Part shown: positions 38,457-47,688 of the stretch, in pieces
Position numbering within the stretch: position 1 is the first letter of the stretch
How the letters are laid out: each line of letters begins with the position of its first letter
Assembly: GCA_965204375.1 (NCBI GenBank)
Contig: OZ241986.1
Span: 3,488,001 to 3,552,000 of the forward strand
Length of the DNA: 64,000 nt
DNA from: Candidatus Latescibacterota bacterium
GTDB taxonomy: Bacteria > Latescibacterota > UBA2968
Direction: 5' to 3'
Notes under the pieces: model-generated
Database searches by the model: none
Told to the model about the DNA's origin: nothing
Seen by the model: the letters and a program-made list of their open reading frames with translations, nothing else
Made by a program: the position numbers and the translations under genes

Positions 38457-39170
38457 ATGGCAAAATTTGAAGAATCCAGGTGGGGCGAAACAGAATACGC
38501 CCAGGAATATCAAGACCATTCGCAACACTTTTTACCCGAACGAAATACGCATTTCGAGATACTTGCTTCATTCTACCAGCATTTTGTTCAGAAAAAGCGC
38601 GTTCTCGATCTCGGATGTGGAGATGGAATTATAAGCGAGAGACTACTCCTTATAGACCCTCATATCCAATTGGTAGCAGTTGATGGCTCTGAAGAAATGC
38701 TTTCAGCCGCTAAAAAGAGACTTGCTGTATATGACGTAGAAAATTTCATCAAAATGCCTTTCGAAGATATAATCGAAGGTAAAGTAAACCTGGATACCTT
38801 CGACTTCATTGTCTCTTGCTTCGCCATTCACCACCTGGAGAAATTACAAAGACGAGGGCTATTTGAAAAAATTCTGAATATGTTAGCACCAAACTCGTAT
38901 TTTCTGAATATCGATATTGTTTTACCAACAACAGAACCCCTCGAAAACTGGTATTTCGACCTCTGGAGAGAATGGATTCAAAAGCATGAAGAGCAAGAAA
39001 ATCTCTCTGAATCCTTTTCACATATTCCCGATGAAGCGCGTGTTCGTCCTGAGAACTTTTATGATACGTTAGAGAGCCAACTTGAGGATTTGCAGATAGT
39101 CGGCTTTGAGGAAATCACCTGCCATTACCGATATGGGCTTTTTGGAATATATAGCGGGAGAAAGCCATAA
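38457..39170 (+). CDS. Class I SAM-dependent methyltransferase
   Basis: VLDLGCGDG; VDGSEEML; FDFIVSCFAIHHL. Confidence 0.9.
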   Translation: MAKFEESRWGETEYAQEYQDHSQHFLPERNTHFEILASFYQHFVQKKRVLDLGCGDGIISERLLLIDPHIQLVAVDGSEEMLSAAKKRLAVYDVENFIKMPFEDIIEGKVNLDTFDFIVSCFAIHHLEKLQRRGLFEKILNMLAPNSYFLNIDIVLPTTEPLENWYFDLWREWIQKHEEQENLSESFSHIPDEARVRPENFYDTLESQLEDLQIVGFEEITCHYRYGLFGIYSGRKP

Positions 39171-39208
39171 AAAATAACGAGAATCCGTTTTCATTTTAAC
39201 CGGAGATA

Positions 39209-40024
39209 TTGTCAAATATGGACCCATCCATCCTCAATTACTACGGAAACTATTATAATGAAATTGACCGATTCAATGACGGCACCGGTCGCCTGGAGTA
39301 CATACGCTCGAAACAGATTCTGGATCGGTACTTACCCCAGGCCCCTATCAACGTCCTCGACGTCGGTGGCGGTCCAGGCGCGTACTCGTCTTGGCTCGCA
39401 GAGAAAGGACACAAAGTCCATCTGGTGGATCCCGTCCCTCGACATCTCAAGGAGGCGGAAGAACGCGCCAGAAAGCACCCTCTAAAAAGCATCCAGAAGG
39501 GCGATGCTCGTAGCTTGAGATGGTCAGACGAAACCATGGACATCGTCTTGCTCATGGGGCCACTATATCACCTGACGAAGGCCGAAGATCGAAAAAAGGC
39601 GCTTCGTGAGGCCAGAAGAGTTCTGAAAACTGGAGGACTCTTATTTGCAGCCGCAATTACGCGATTTGCATCTCTACTTGACGGACTAAGATCCGGGGCG
39701 ATCCTCGATCCAGCCTTCCGAGCAATTGTAGAGCGTGACCTGAAAGACGGCCAACATCGCAATCCTGAAGAAAACAAAGATTACTTTACCACTGCCTACT
39801 TCCATCGCCCGGAGGAACTGGCTATCGAAATCACTGAATGCGGATTCGCCCAGTGCCAGACATTGGCCGTAGAAGGTGCCGCCTGGTTGCTCGGAGATAT
39901 AAAAGATCAATTGGAAGATTCTGAACGCCGCGAAATACTTCTCGATGCAATACAGAAACTTGAGGCAGAGCCATCTCTACTTGGCGCTTCTCCGCACATT
40001 ATGGCAGTGGCTCAGAAACCTTGA
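39209..40024 (+). CDS. Class I SAM-dependent methyltransferase
   Basis: VLDVGGGPG; GDAR; VLLMGPLYHL; start may be ATG 39218. Confidence 0.9.
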   Translation: MSNMDPSILNYYGNYYNEIDRFNDGTGRLEYIRSKQILDRYLPQAPINVLDVGGGPGAYSSWLAEKGHKVHLVDPVPRHLKEAEERARKHPLKSIQKGDARSLRWSDETMDIVLLMGPLYHLTKAEDRKKALREARRVLKTGGLLFAAAITRFASLLDGLRSGAILDPAFRAIVERDLKDGQHRNPEENKDYFTTAYFHRPEELAIEITECGFAQCQTLAVEGAAWLLGDIKDQLEDSERREILLDAIQKLEAEPSLLGASPHIMAVAQKP

Positions 40025-40093
40025 TTACTTTCCCTCGATACACCATCATTTTTCAAGAAGACCATCCCTAACATTCTTTAGGAATCAACAAAA

Positions 40094-41110
40094 ATGTCTT
40101 CAAACAAAAGAAATGGCGATATGGACCCTCGGCTTGCATTGGCTTTATCCGAGATAGACACTATCGTGCAAGCAACGCCCAATCTAACACTTGATAAAGA
40201 CTACTTACCCGGGTTTCCAGGCGGAACGAATACAGCTCTATTTGGTCACTTAGACGGCAAACCCATCGTCTTTAAATATTTCCATAACAAAGACAGAAAG
40301 AACCAGGAAGAAAAAGTATTAGAACTCTTTCAGAAAACTGGATATGTCCCTCAACTTTATCCGATCAAAAACGACTCTGTCCTCATAATCGAACGATTGC
40401 CTGGACTGCCATTTTTCATGGTTGAAGAGAATGTAAGTTTGGAGGAATGGGAAGGACTTTTTAATCAATTGGGACAGGCGCTCGCGAGCATTGTCAAAAT
40501 TGCTCCAGGATCTGATTTAGCAATTTCAGGAAGACAAGATCTACCGCGTGAACCTGGTTTTGACTACAAATTTTACTGCACTGCAAATTTAGAAACCTTC
40601 TTTGACACAGTCATAGAAATATCCGCTGGCGTCTTAGAAACGAGTGATTTACCACATCATTCCCTCTTAGAGAATTCTCTCAACGATCTACGAGCAAATA
40701 GAGATGCGATTCTGGCATATCGCAGTTTTATTTTTTTAGATGATTTTCATTATAGCAATATCATCGCCCAGGGTCCTACTCTACAAGGATTCATAGATCT
40801 GGAGATGTCGCGCTACAGCAATGAAGTCCTGGTTCTGGGATCTGTTATGGCGTCAGTTATACCCAGCCAATTAGAACGCTGGTCCTGGATTAAAAAAGGC
40901 TATGAAGCTATTCGCGGAAATAGACTCGATCCCGAAACAATCTACCTATCAGAAATTGTTGCGCCATTTAACCGTTGGATTCGGTTTATGTGGTATTGGG
41001 GCTGTGACGAAGTACCAGACTGGGCAAAAGAAAAAAATCTCCGAATGTCAGTCATTCAAGATATCAAGAGCGTCGTGGACATCATTGAATCGTTGAGAGC
41101 TATATCCTGA
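40094..41110 (+). CDS. Aminoglycoside-phosphotransferase-like kinase
   Basis: GGTN..IVFK; DDFHYSNI; FIDLE. Confidence 0.75.
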   Translation: MSSNKRNGDMDPRLALALSEIDTIVQATPNLTLDKDYLPGFPGGTNTALFGHLDGKPIVFKYFHNKDRKNQEEKVLELFQKTGYVPQLYPIKNDSVLIIERLPGLPFFMVEENVSLEEWEGLFNQLGQALASIVKIAPGSDLAISGRQDLPREPGFDYKFYCTANLETFFDTVIEISAGVLETSDLPHHSLLENSLNDLRANRDAILAYRSFIFLDDFHYSNIIAQGPTLQGFIDLEMSRYSNEVLVLGSVMASVIPSQLERWSWIKKGYEAIRGNRLDPETIYLSEIVAPFNRWIRFMWYWGCDEVPDWAKEKNLRMSVIQDIKSVVDIIESLRAIS

Positions 41111-41111
41111 T

Positions 41112-42050
41112 ATGCTACTGGATCGCAATCCAACATGGCACGGCTTGACAGACGGGAAAATGCCCCCTTTCCCTGCGGCAGTTGTGCGAGATGTTCTCGC
41201 TCGTTTTGAGATTGAGAATCCAGCCAGGTTAAAAGCATGGCCCTTCGGCCCATTTGATATTATAGCTGCCTTTGAATATCGCAACACTCCCTATCTCTTA
41301 AAGGGTCGCCATGTCGAACAACGAGGCGTCAAATCACTGTATCAAACACAAGACATGCAAAAGCAACTCCTGCAACTGGGCTTTCCCGTATCAGACTTTA
41401 TAGCCAATTCTTTTGGCGAAACACTGGTAGAAGGTCCCGACTGGCAGGACGAAGGAAATATCTTCTATGAAATTCAGACCATTCTACCCGGCGTGCCATT
41501 TTCTTCTGATACGCACACAGCTTCCTTATCTGGAAAACTGCTCGGACAACTCCATCTCCTCGGACAGGAAATTCAATCGGATCTCCTGAGTAAGTTTTAC
41601 TACATTGATACGTTCGTGAGCAGATTTCCCAATCAGTTACAGGTAGTCCTTCAAAATAATAGGGATTTACAACGCGGAGAAAGCCTGGAAATCAAAGACG
41701 CTATAACACGATTATCGGATGCTTCGACACGTTCTTCACTTACACATCGCCTGACACACGGCGACTTCACACCCGATAATCTCCTGATGAACCAGGATGA
41801 ACTTTTCTTGATTGATAATGATGAACTTGGATTTGGCGCTGCGGCGATCGATGTCGCGTGGGGCCTAACCTATCTATTTGGTCTGAACATCAAATTGGGA
41901 CAGATCTTCCTGAGCGAATACAAAAAGCACATTCCCGAATTTGCCGAAAGCGATCTTTTGGCTGTTAAGGACTACTTGCTCGCTTTAAATATACACGCGT
42001 ATAATGTGTCGGAATTGTTAGATATTCTGCATACATTGTGCTCTATTTAA
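41112..42050 (+). CDS. Phosphotransferase (APH / type II homoserine kinase-like)
   Basis: YLLK; LGQLH; THGDFTPDNLL; LIDND. Confidence 0.8.
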   Translation: MLLDRNPTWHGLTDGKMPPFPAAVVRDVLARFEIENPARLKAWPFGPFDIIAAFEYRNTPYLLKGRHVEQRGVKSLYQTQDMQKQLLQLGFPVSDFIANSFGETLVEGPDWQDEGNIFYEIQTILPGVPFSSDTHTASLSGKLLGQLHLLGQEIQSDLLSKFYYIDTFVSRFPNQLQVVLQNNRDLQRGESLEIKDAITRLSDASTRSSLTHRLTHGDFTPDNLLMNQDELFLIDNDELGFGAAAIDVAWGLTYLFGLNIKLGQIFLSEYKKHIPEFAESDLLAVKDYLLALNIHAYNVSELLDILHTLCSI

Positions 42051-42105
42051 AGGTTACATCACCTGAGAACGTATCCGGCTGACCAATGCAGACTGAGGAC
42101 ATACC

Positions 42106-42303
42106 ATGCCTAACTTAGACCGCATTGAAATCAATCCCAAAGTGATGATGGGAAAACCTGTGGTGAAGGGGACGCGCATTCCAGTCGATCTAATTTTGAG
42201 AAAACTGGGGGAAGGAGCATCAGAAGACGATTTGCTTGACGCTTATCCCCGGCTCACATTAGAAGATATACGCGCTTGTTTGGGGCTATTCAATGGGAGG
42301 TGA
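42106..42303 (+). CDS. DUF433-family antitoxin-like protein, probably C-terminally clipped; partner absent
   Basis: IEINPKVMMGKPVVKGTRIPV..DAYPRLTLEDIRAC. Confidence 0.85.
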   Translation: MPNLDRIEINPKVMMGKPVVKGTRIPVDLILRKLGEGASEDDLLDAYPRLTLEDIRACLGLFNGR

Positions 42304-42353
42304 AATTTGCTTTGGCCTGGCCCAATTCCATGCAGAATGACTGTGAGAATATC

Positions 42354-42812
42354 ATGTTAATCACTGTCCGTGCTGCACAATTGAGTGACTTACCTCAGTT
42401 GGCCAGAATGAATAGCTGTCTCGTGGATGATCAGGGCAGCGAGAATCCGTTTTCATTGAAAGAATACGAGGACCGGTTTCGCGAGTGGTTAGATACCAAT
42501 ATATGGACGGTAGATGTATTTCTACATGATAGACAGGTAATAGGCTATTCTGTCTATCAAGAGCGTGCTGACTACTATGACCCAAATGAAGCGGTAATTT
42601 ATATCCGACAGTATTACATTAAACGCTCTCATCGTCGGCTTGGCCTGGGTAAAGCAGCCTTCCAGATTCTGATAGATACGCGTTTTCCAAAGCATGTTCA
42701 ATCTATAGCCCTCGATGTCATGGCAACCAACTCAGCGGGCCAGAATTTTTGGAAAAAAATGAGCTTTAACGAATATTTTATTGCGATGAAAAAGGAACTG
42801 AAACAAGAGTAA
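42354..42812 (+). CDS. GNAT N-acetyltransferase
   Basis: YIRQYYIKRSHRRLGLG..LDV..N..GQNFWKKMSF; start uncertain. Confidence 0.85.
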   Translation: MLITVRAAQLSDLPQLARMNSCLVDDQGSENPFSLKEYEDRFREWLDTNIWTVDVFLHDRQVIGYSVYQERADYYDPNEAVIYIRQYYIKRSHRRLGLGKAAFQILIDTRFPKHVQSIALDVMATNSAGQNFWKKMSFNEYFIAMKKELKQE

Positions 42813-42864
42813 TTCACAAGCCGCGTCAGAAGGCAATCTACCGAAAGTACCCTACCGAGAAATC

Positions 42865-43899
42865 ATGGACACGATACCCCGCATAATCAGAATAGAAGCC
42901 GATAATTCTTACTCTGCCGGTGTCCGTCTTGGCGAGAGCCTCGGCCGTAGTTTTGGTGCCTACCTTGAAGATTATATTGCTGCCCGAAGTCTGTCAGCGA
43001 AGAACTGCGCTAAGCCTTCGGAAACGCATGCTGTAGCGTGGATCAATGCTCTACCCCAGCATATATGTGACAGGTTTCGGGGCCTCTCTGAAGGGAGCGG
43101 GATACCGTTCGAGCGCATAGCACATTGGGGTTATCTGGAGGTGGCACTCAGTCAGGGCTGTAGCAGTATCATCTGCCGGTCCAAAGGCAAAGTCTGGATT
43201 GGTCATAACAACGATACCTTTGTACCCAAGCTATGGGGATATATCACTGTCCTGGAGATCAAGGGGCGCATCCCAACCATGTACTTCGGGCTTGCGGGAG
43301 ATATCTGGGCGACCGCTGGAATCAATAAGGCGAAGCTCTGGCTACACGTTGATCACTTGCCAGCAACTGATAAGCCAGACAGTAAAAAAGCCGTCCTACC
43401 GACGTATGGCTTCATCGTTGAAGCTCTGGAGACGTGTGAAAACATTGATGATGTACGGGATCTCCTGAATAAAATTGACAGAACAGAAGGTATGATCCTG
43501 ATAGTTGCGGATGGCAAAACAGATGAAGCAGCCGTCTTTGAATGCTCATGTTCGAGATGGAGACTGGAGAGAGTCAAAACGGATTGGGCTGTGCGAACAA
43601 ACCACGCCGTGATGGGACGAGGAAACAGAAAAACTGGAAAGCGACCACTCGATACATGGAGCAGATACAATCGTCTGGCGCAACTTCTCGAAAACAGCTA
43701 CAACAGCGGAATATCCCCAACACCATCGGACTTGAAAACATATCTCGCCGACGACGGCGTGGAGCGAAGAGGCGATGAGTTCGCGACAGCGTATTCAGTC
43801 GTCGTGTGCCCCGCTACCAGCCGGACTGAATTCACACTGGGTGGACAACCAGCGGCCAGTTGTGGGAACTGGTCTCATATTGAGTGGCCCTGGCACTAA
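42865..43899 (+). CDS. C45-family Ntn hydrolase (acyl-CoA:6-APA acyltransferase-like)
   Basis: QG|CSSI nucleophile Cys; GHNND; AGIN; RTNH; SRYNRL. Confidence 0.8.
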   Translation: MDTIPRIIRIEADNSYSAGVRLGESLGRSFGAYLEDYIAARSLSAKNCAKPSETHAVAWINALPQHICDRFRGLSEGSGIPFERIAHWGYLEVALSQGCSSIICRSKGKVWIGHNNDTFVPKLWGYITVLEIKGRIPTMYFGLAGDIWATAGINKAKLWLHVDHLPATDKPDSKKAVLPTYGFIVEALETCENIDDVRDLLNKIDRTEGMILIVADGKTDEAAVFECSCSRWRLERVKTDWAVRTNHAVMGRGNRKTGKRPLDTWSRYNRLAQLLENSYNSGISPTPSDLKTYLADDGVERRGDEFATAYSVVVCPATSRTEFTLGGQPAASCGNWSHIEWPWH

Positions 43900-43920
43900 A
43901 AAAAAAAGAAAGGTTACATA

Positions 43921-46320
43921 ATGATCGGTAAATACTTTGTCATTGCATTAAGGCGCACATTCAGCGATAAGACCTTCTCTTTGATCAATCTAATCGGGCT
44001 TTCTATTAGCATGGCAAGCGTAATACTCATTATGGTATTTGTGTCTAATGAGTTGACCTTCGACACCTTTCATAAAAACTCCGATCGCATATTCAGAGTA
44101 TTGAGAGAAACTGAATCTTTAGCAGGAGCACCCCAGATTTCACCAGGGACCTCCGGTATGTTGGGGCAGAGTTTGGTGGCAGACATTCCTGAAATTGAGA
44201 AAGTTACTCGTTTTTTTAGAATGAGCCAAAACTGGGCAACCAATGAAGAGAAGGGATTTTTTGTAGCAGTTTGTGCTGTTGATCAAGAATTTTTGCAGAT
44301 GTTTTCTTTTCCTCTCAAAATTGGAGATCCAAAAACCGTTTTGAAAGACAAATTCGCTGTCGTTATAACAGAAGAAACTGCAGAAAAATTTTTCGCCAAT
44401 GAAAATCCCATTGGCAAAACAATCTCTGTTGACGGCAGGTATTTTGGTGGAGATTATTTTGTCTCTGGCGTAGTAAAAGATATACCTCGAAACTCCTCTT
44501 TGCATTTTGACATATTGACATCTACGGTTCACAATGAAATACCATTGACTGCCTGGGAGAGATGGCAACCAAATACATCCTGGCGACCAATCCAGACATT
44601 TGTCCTGTTGTCTGATGCTGCGTCTCCCAAAAACATAGATACCAAACTTCAGGACCTTTTAAATCGTTATATGGGACCCGATGTAAGTGAACGCAATCGA
44701 TATATCCTCCAACCTCTGGAAAGAATGTATTTATACTCTAACCTTGAATATGGAATCAGTAGCGGCGGGGACATTACATACGTCTATATTTTTTCGGCAA
44801 TCGCAATATTTATTGTACTTATTGCCAGCTTTAACTTTGTAAATCTATCTATAGCGCGATCTGCTACCAGACTAAAAGAAATTGGCGTAAGAAAAACCGT
44901 CGGAGCCCATAAGAGCAGCCTCATCTTCCAGTTTATAGCCGAAGCTGTTTTTATGGCATTTTGTTCTTCACTCCTCGCCTTTTGTATTGTAGAAATCTCG
45001 CTTCCTTATCTGGATAACTACATAAATCAAGAAGGCAAATTGGAATTCAGTGGACATCTGTTATTTGTTATAACATTTCTTACAGCCCTCGTTATAGGCA
45101 CTCTATCTGGACTTTATCCCGCGCTTTTCCTGGCATCTTTTCATCCCGTCCAAATATTAAGGCGTGAACTCCAGTTTAATAACTCTGGAAAATGGCTGAG
45201 AAATGGCTCTCTAATTTTTCAATTTGCGGCTTCTGTCGTGCTTATCATCAGTACGATTATTGTTTATGAACAAATGGCGTTTATTCAAAACAAAGCGTTG
45301 GGATTTGATAAAGAGCATATCGTCGTATTACCTCTTTTTACGACTGATCGCTCCCTAAATGAGCGATATCGCGTTATTAAGCAGGAATTTTTGAAACACC
45401 CCAATGTGATCTCTGCATCTGCATCCAATTCTACTATCGCCTGGTTTGGTGGCGCATTCCATACAGTCTATCCCGAAGGTTTTCAGGGTAGCGAATGGCA
45501 GATGAGAATACTGGGCGTTGACGAAGACTTTATAGATCTGTATGGGATAACACTGTCAAAAGGTCGAAACTTTTCTGTAGAGATTCCGGGTGATGCAACC
45601 GATGCTTATATCTTAAATGAAACAGCAGTTGAGCAACTCGGGTGGCAAAATCCAATAGGAAAACAGTTCGAATGGGCATATTGGAAGCGCAAGGGCATTG
45701 TGGTTGGTATTGTTGAGGATTTTCATAACCGATCTCTCAAAGAACCCATCAGGCCAATTGCTTTATGTATGTGGCAGCCCAAGTATAATCTTCTTTCTCT
45801 AAAAATTAGAGGTGAAAATATCAAAGATACAATGGCTTTTTTGGAGGATCAATGGAGGCGATTTATTCCCGACAAACCATTCAAAGCCGCCTTTTTAGAT
45901 GAACACCTGAACCAGCTATATCAAAATGATATTAATTTCGGGCGTATATTTGGTGTATTTGCATTGCTCGCCATTTTTATAGCCTGTTTGGGCATGTTGG
46001 GCATGGTATCTTATGCTTTAGAAAGAAGAACAAAAGAGATTGGAATTCGAAAAATTTTGGGCGCTTCAGCCTGGCACATTATTGTCCTGATTTTCTCCGA
46101 GTTTTTCGGAATCCTTGTTGTCGCTAATTTATTTGCGTGGTTAATTGCATTTCTTTTGATGGATAATTGGTTGCTTTCATTTGCTTACAGGATCGAACTG
46201 TCACCTCATACTTTTGCCCTGGGAACGCTATTTGCAATTGCAATTACTTTTGCAACGGTAGCCTCGCATTTGATACAAGCCACCTCAAAAAATCCCATTG
46301 ACGAAATAAGGTATGAATAG
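43921..46320 (+). CDS. ABC transporter permease, MacB/FtsX type
   Basis: KEIGVRKTVGA; RTKEIGIRKILGAS; NPIDEIRYE. Confidence 0.93.
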   Translation: MIGKYFVIALRRTFSDKTFSLINLIGLSISMASVILIMVFVSNELTFDTFHKNSDRIFRVLRETESLAGAPQISPGTSGMLGQSLVADIPEIEKVTRFFRMSQNWATNEEKGFFVAVCAVDQEFLQMFSFPLKIGDPKTVLKDKFAVVITEETAEKFFANENPIGKTISVDGRYFGGDYFVSGVVKDIPRNSSLHFDILTSTVHNEIPLTAWERWQPNTSWRPIQTFVLLSDAASPKNIDTKLQDLLNRYMGPDVSERNRYILQPLERMYLYSNLEYGISSGGDITYVYIFSAIAIFIVLIASFNFVNLSIARSATRLKEIGVRKTVGAHKSSLIFQFIAEAVFMAFCSSLLAFCIVEISLPYLDNYINQEGKLEFSGHLLFVITFLTALVIGTLSGLYPALFLASFHPVQILRRELQFNNSGKWLRNGSLIFQFAASVVLIISTIIVYEQMAFIQNKALGFDKEHIVVLPLFTTDRSLNERYRVIKQEFLKHPNVISASASNSTIAWFGGAFHTVYPEGFQGSEWQMRILGVDEDFIDLYGITLSKGRNFSVEIPGDATDAYILNETAVEQLGWQNPIGKQFEWAYWKRKGIVVGIVEDFHNRSLKEPIRPIALCMWQPKYNLLSLKIRGENIKDTMAFLEDQWRRFIPDKPFKAAFLDEHLNQLYQNDINFGRIFGVFALLAIFIACLGMLGMVSYALERRTKEIGIRKILGASAWHIIVLIFSEFFGILVVANLFAWLIAFLLMDNWLLSFAYRIELSPHTFALGTLFAIAITFATVASHLIQATSKNPIDEIRYE

Positions 46321-46420
46321 ACCGGGAATCAGAGAAAACGACATAATGGGGTTGGTTTGTATGATTCGGATTCCCTCTTCTATCCCTGGATCTCACCCCT
46401 ATTCTATTCGATGATCTCAA

Positions 46421-46621
46421 ATGCCGCTCATTAAAAATCAGGATATTCGCATCTGTTATGAAGTTGTTGGAGAGGCCGATTCATTTATGTTCGACGCTGT
46501 GAAACGCGGGGCCGGTCAAATCCCCGAAGCAAAATTGGTCATTATTCCAGGTCTTGATCACGGACAAGCATACGCTGATAGTCGCCTGATTTTACCTCAT
46601 GTGAGGGACTTTCTGCGTTAA
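46421..46621 (+). pseudogene. Alpha/beta hydrolase with large internal deletion
   Basis: N-terminus MPLIKNQDIRICYEVVGE fused to C-terminus ..IPEAKLVIIPGLDH..HVRDFL; no nucleophile motif. Confidence 0.7.
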
Positions 46622-46667
46622 ATATGTGAAATTAGGATGGCGCATGTTGGTATATGGCGAAATACCT

Positions 46668-47366
46668 TCAGTTGCGACCTACCCCTAATATTTCGGGCAG
46701 GTCAGTCAATGAACTGATTTCGTAATCGGCCTTGATCCCCGTGTCATTTGTCAGACCTTCGCGATTTAGCCAAACCGTATGTGCTCCGGCTGCACCTGCA
46801 CCTGCAACATCCTGTTCCAGAGAATCTCCGACGTGTAAGAGCTGCGCCAGCGGACAACACGCCCTCTGTGCGGTAATCTGAAAAATTCTTTGATCAGGCT
46901 TCGCAACACGCACATCCTGAGCAAGAACAACAAAGCCAAAACGACCTGCAAGGCCACAGCGTTCCGGGTAACTATTCCCATTTGACAAAAGCCCGATCTT
47001 GAAATGAGGAGCCAAAGTATCAAGCGCAGGTATAACATCCTCATACAACTCAATATCTTCGAACCGATGCTTTAGATATATCGTATTGAGATGCATGGCC
47101 AGATCACTATCCGGATATCCAACATATTCAAGCGTCTTCTCAAATGCCAGCCGTCTGATCTCCTCGAGATTCCAGACCTCGCCTTTCACCTCCTCAGCAA
47201 GCCGATTGCGAATCGCAATCATATCCTCAACCGCAAGGTCTAAAGCGCGTCGTGTCGGAACATGCCCGCGCAATTCCCTCAATGTATGCGTTAGCGAATG
47301 TCGCATGACCTTGTAGAAGTCCCACAAGGTCATATCACCATCAAAAGAAATAGCTGAAATTCGCAA
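46668..47366 (-). CDS. HAD-family hydrolase
   Basis: FDGDMTL; LSNG; KPD; HVGDSLEQDVAGA; TTG start with GAGGAGG RBS. Confidence 0.92.
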   Translation of the reverse strand: MRISAISFDGDMTLWDFYKVMRHSLTHTLRELRGHVPTRRALDLAVEDMIAIRNRLAEEVKGEVWNLEEIRRLAFEKTLEYVGYPDSDLAMHLNTIYLKHRFEDIELYEDVIPALDTLAPHFKIGLLSNGNSYPERCGLAGRFGFVVLAQDVRVAKPDQRIFQITAQRACCPLAQLLHVGDSLEQDVAGAGAAGAHTVWLNREGLTNDTGIKADYEISSLTDLPEILGVGRN

Positions 47367-47381
47367 GATCCCCTCCTCTTA

Positions 47382-47499
47382 GTGTTCATTTTCGGACACC
47401 ACTGTACCAAAATCGGACACTTATTAAGACATCAATCCTAAGCAATTTTCATAACCTATTGTTATTTCATTATTTGACTTTTCCGGCACAGTTTTTGCT
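47382..47499 (+). promoter_or_regulatory. sigma54 promoter module, copy 2
   Basis: GTGTTCATTTTCGGACAC, TGTACCAAAATCGGACA, TAACCTATTGTTA, CGGCACA-GTTT-TTGCT (47484-47499); spacing identical to copy 1. Confidence 0.85.
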
Positions 47500-47688
47500 T
47501 TAAAAATAGGTAATCCTGAGACTACTCTGGTTGTCTATAAGGAAATAGAAATGCAAAACCGCCATCTTCTTCCATTTGTGGCGTATGCAGGTCGGAGGTT
47601 TTTTGCCGGGAGAATCGAACAATGGTGAAAATTCAATAGTGTGACACACCGTTTCTGATCAATTTGATAGAATAAGAAGGGATTCGCA

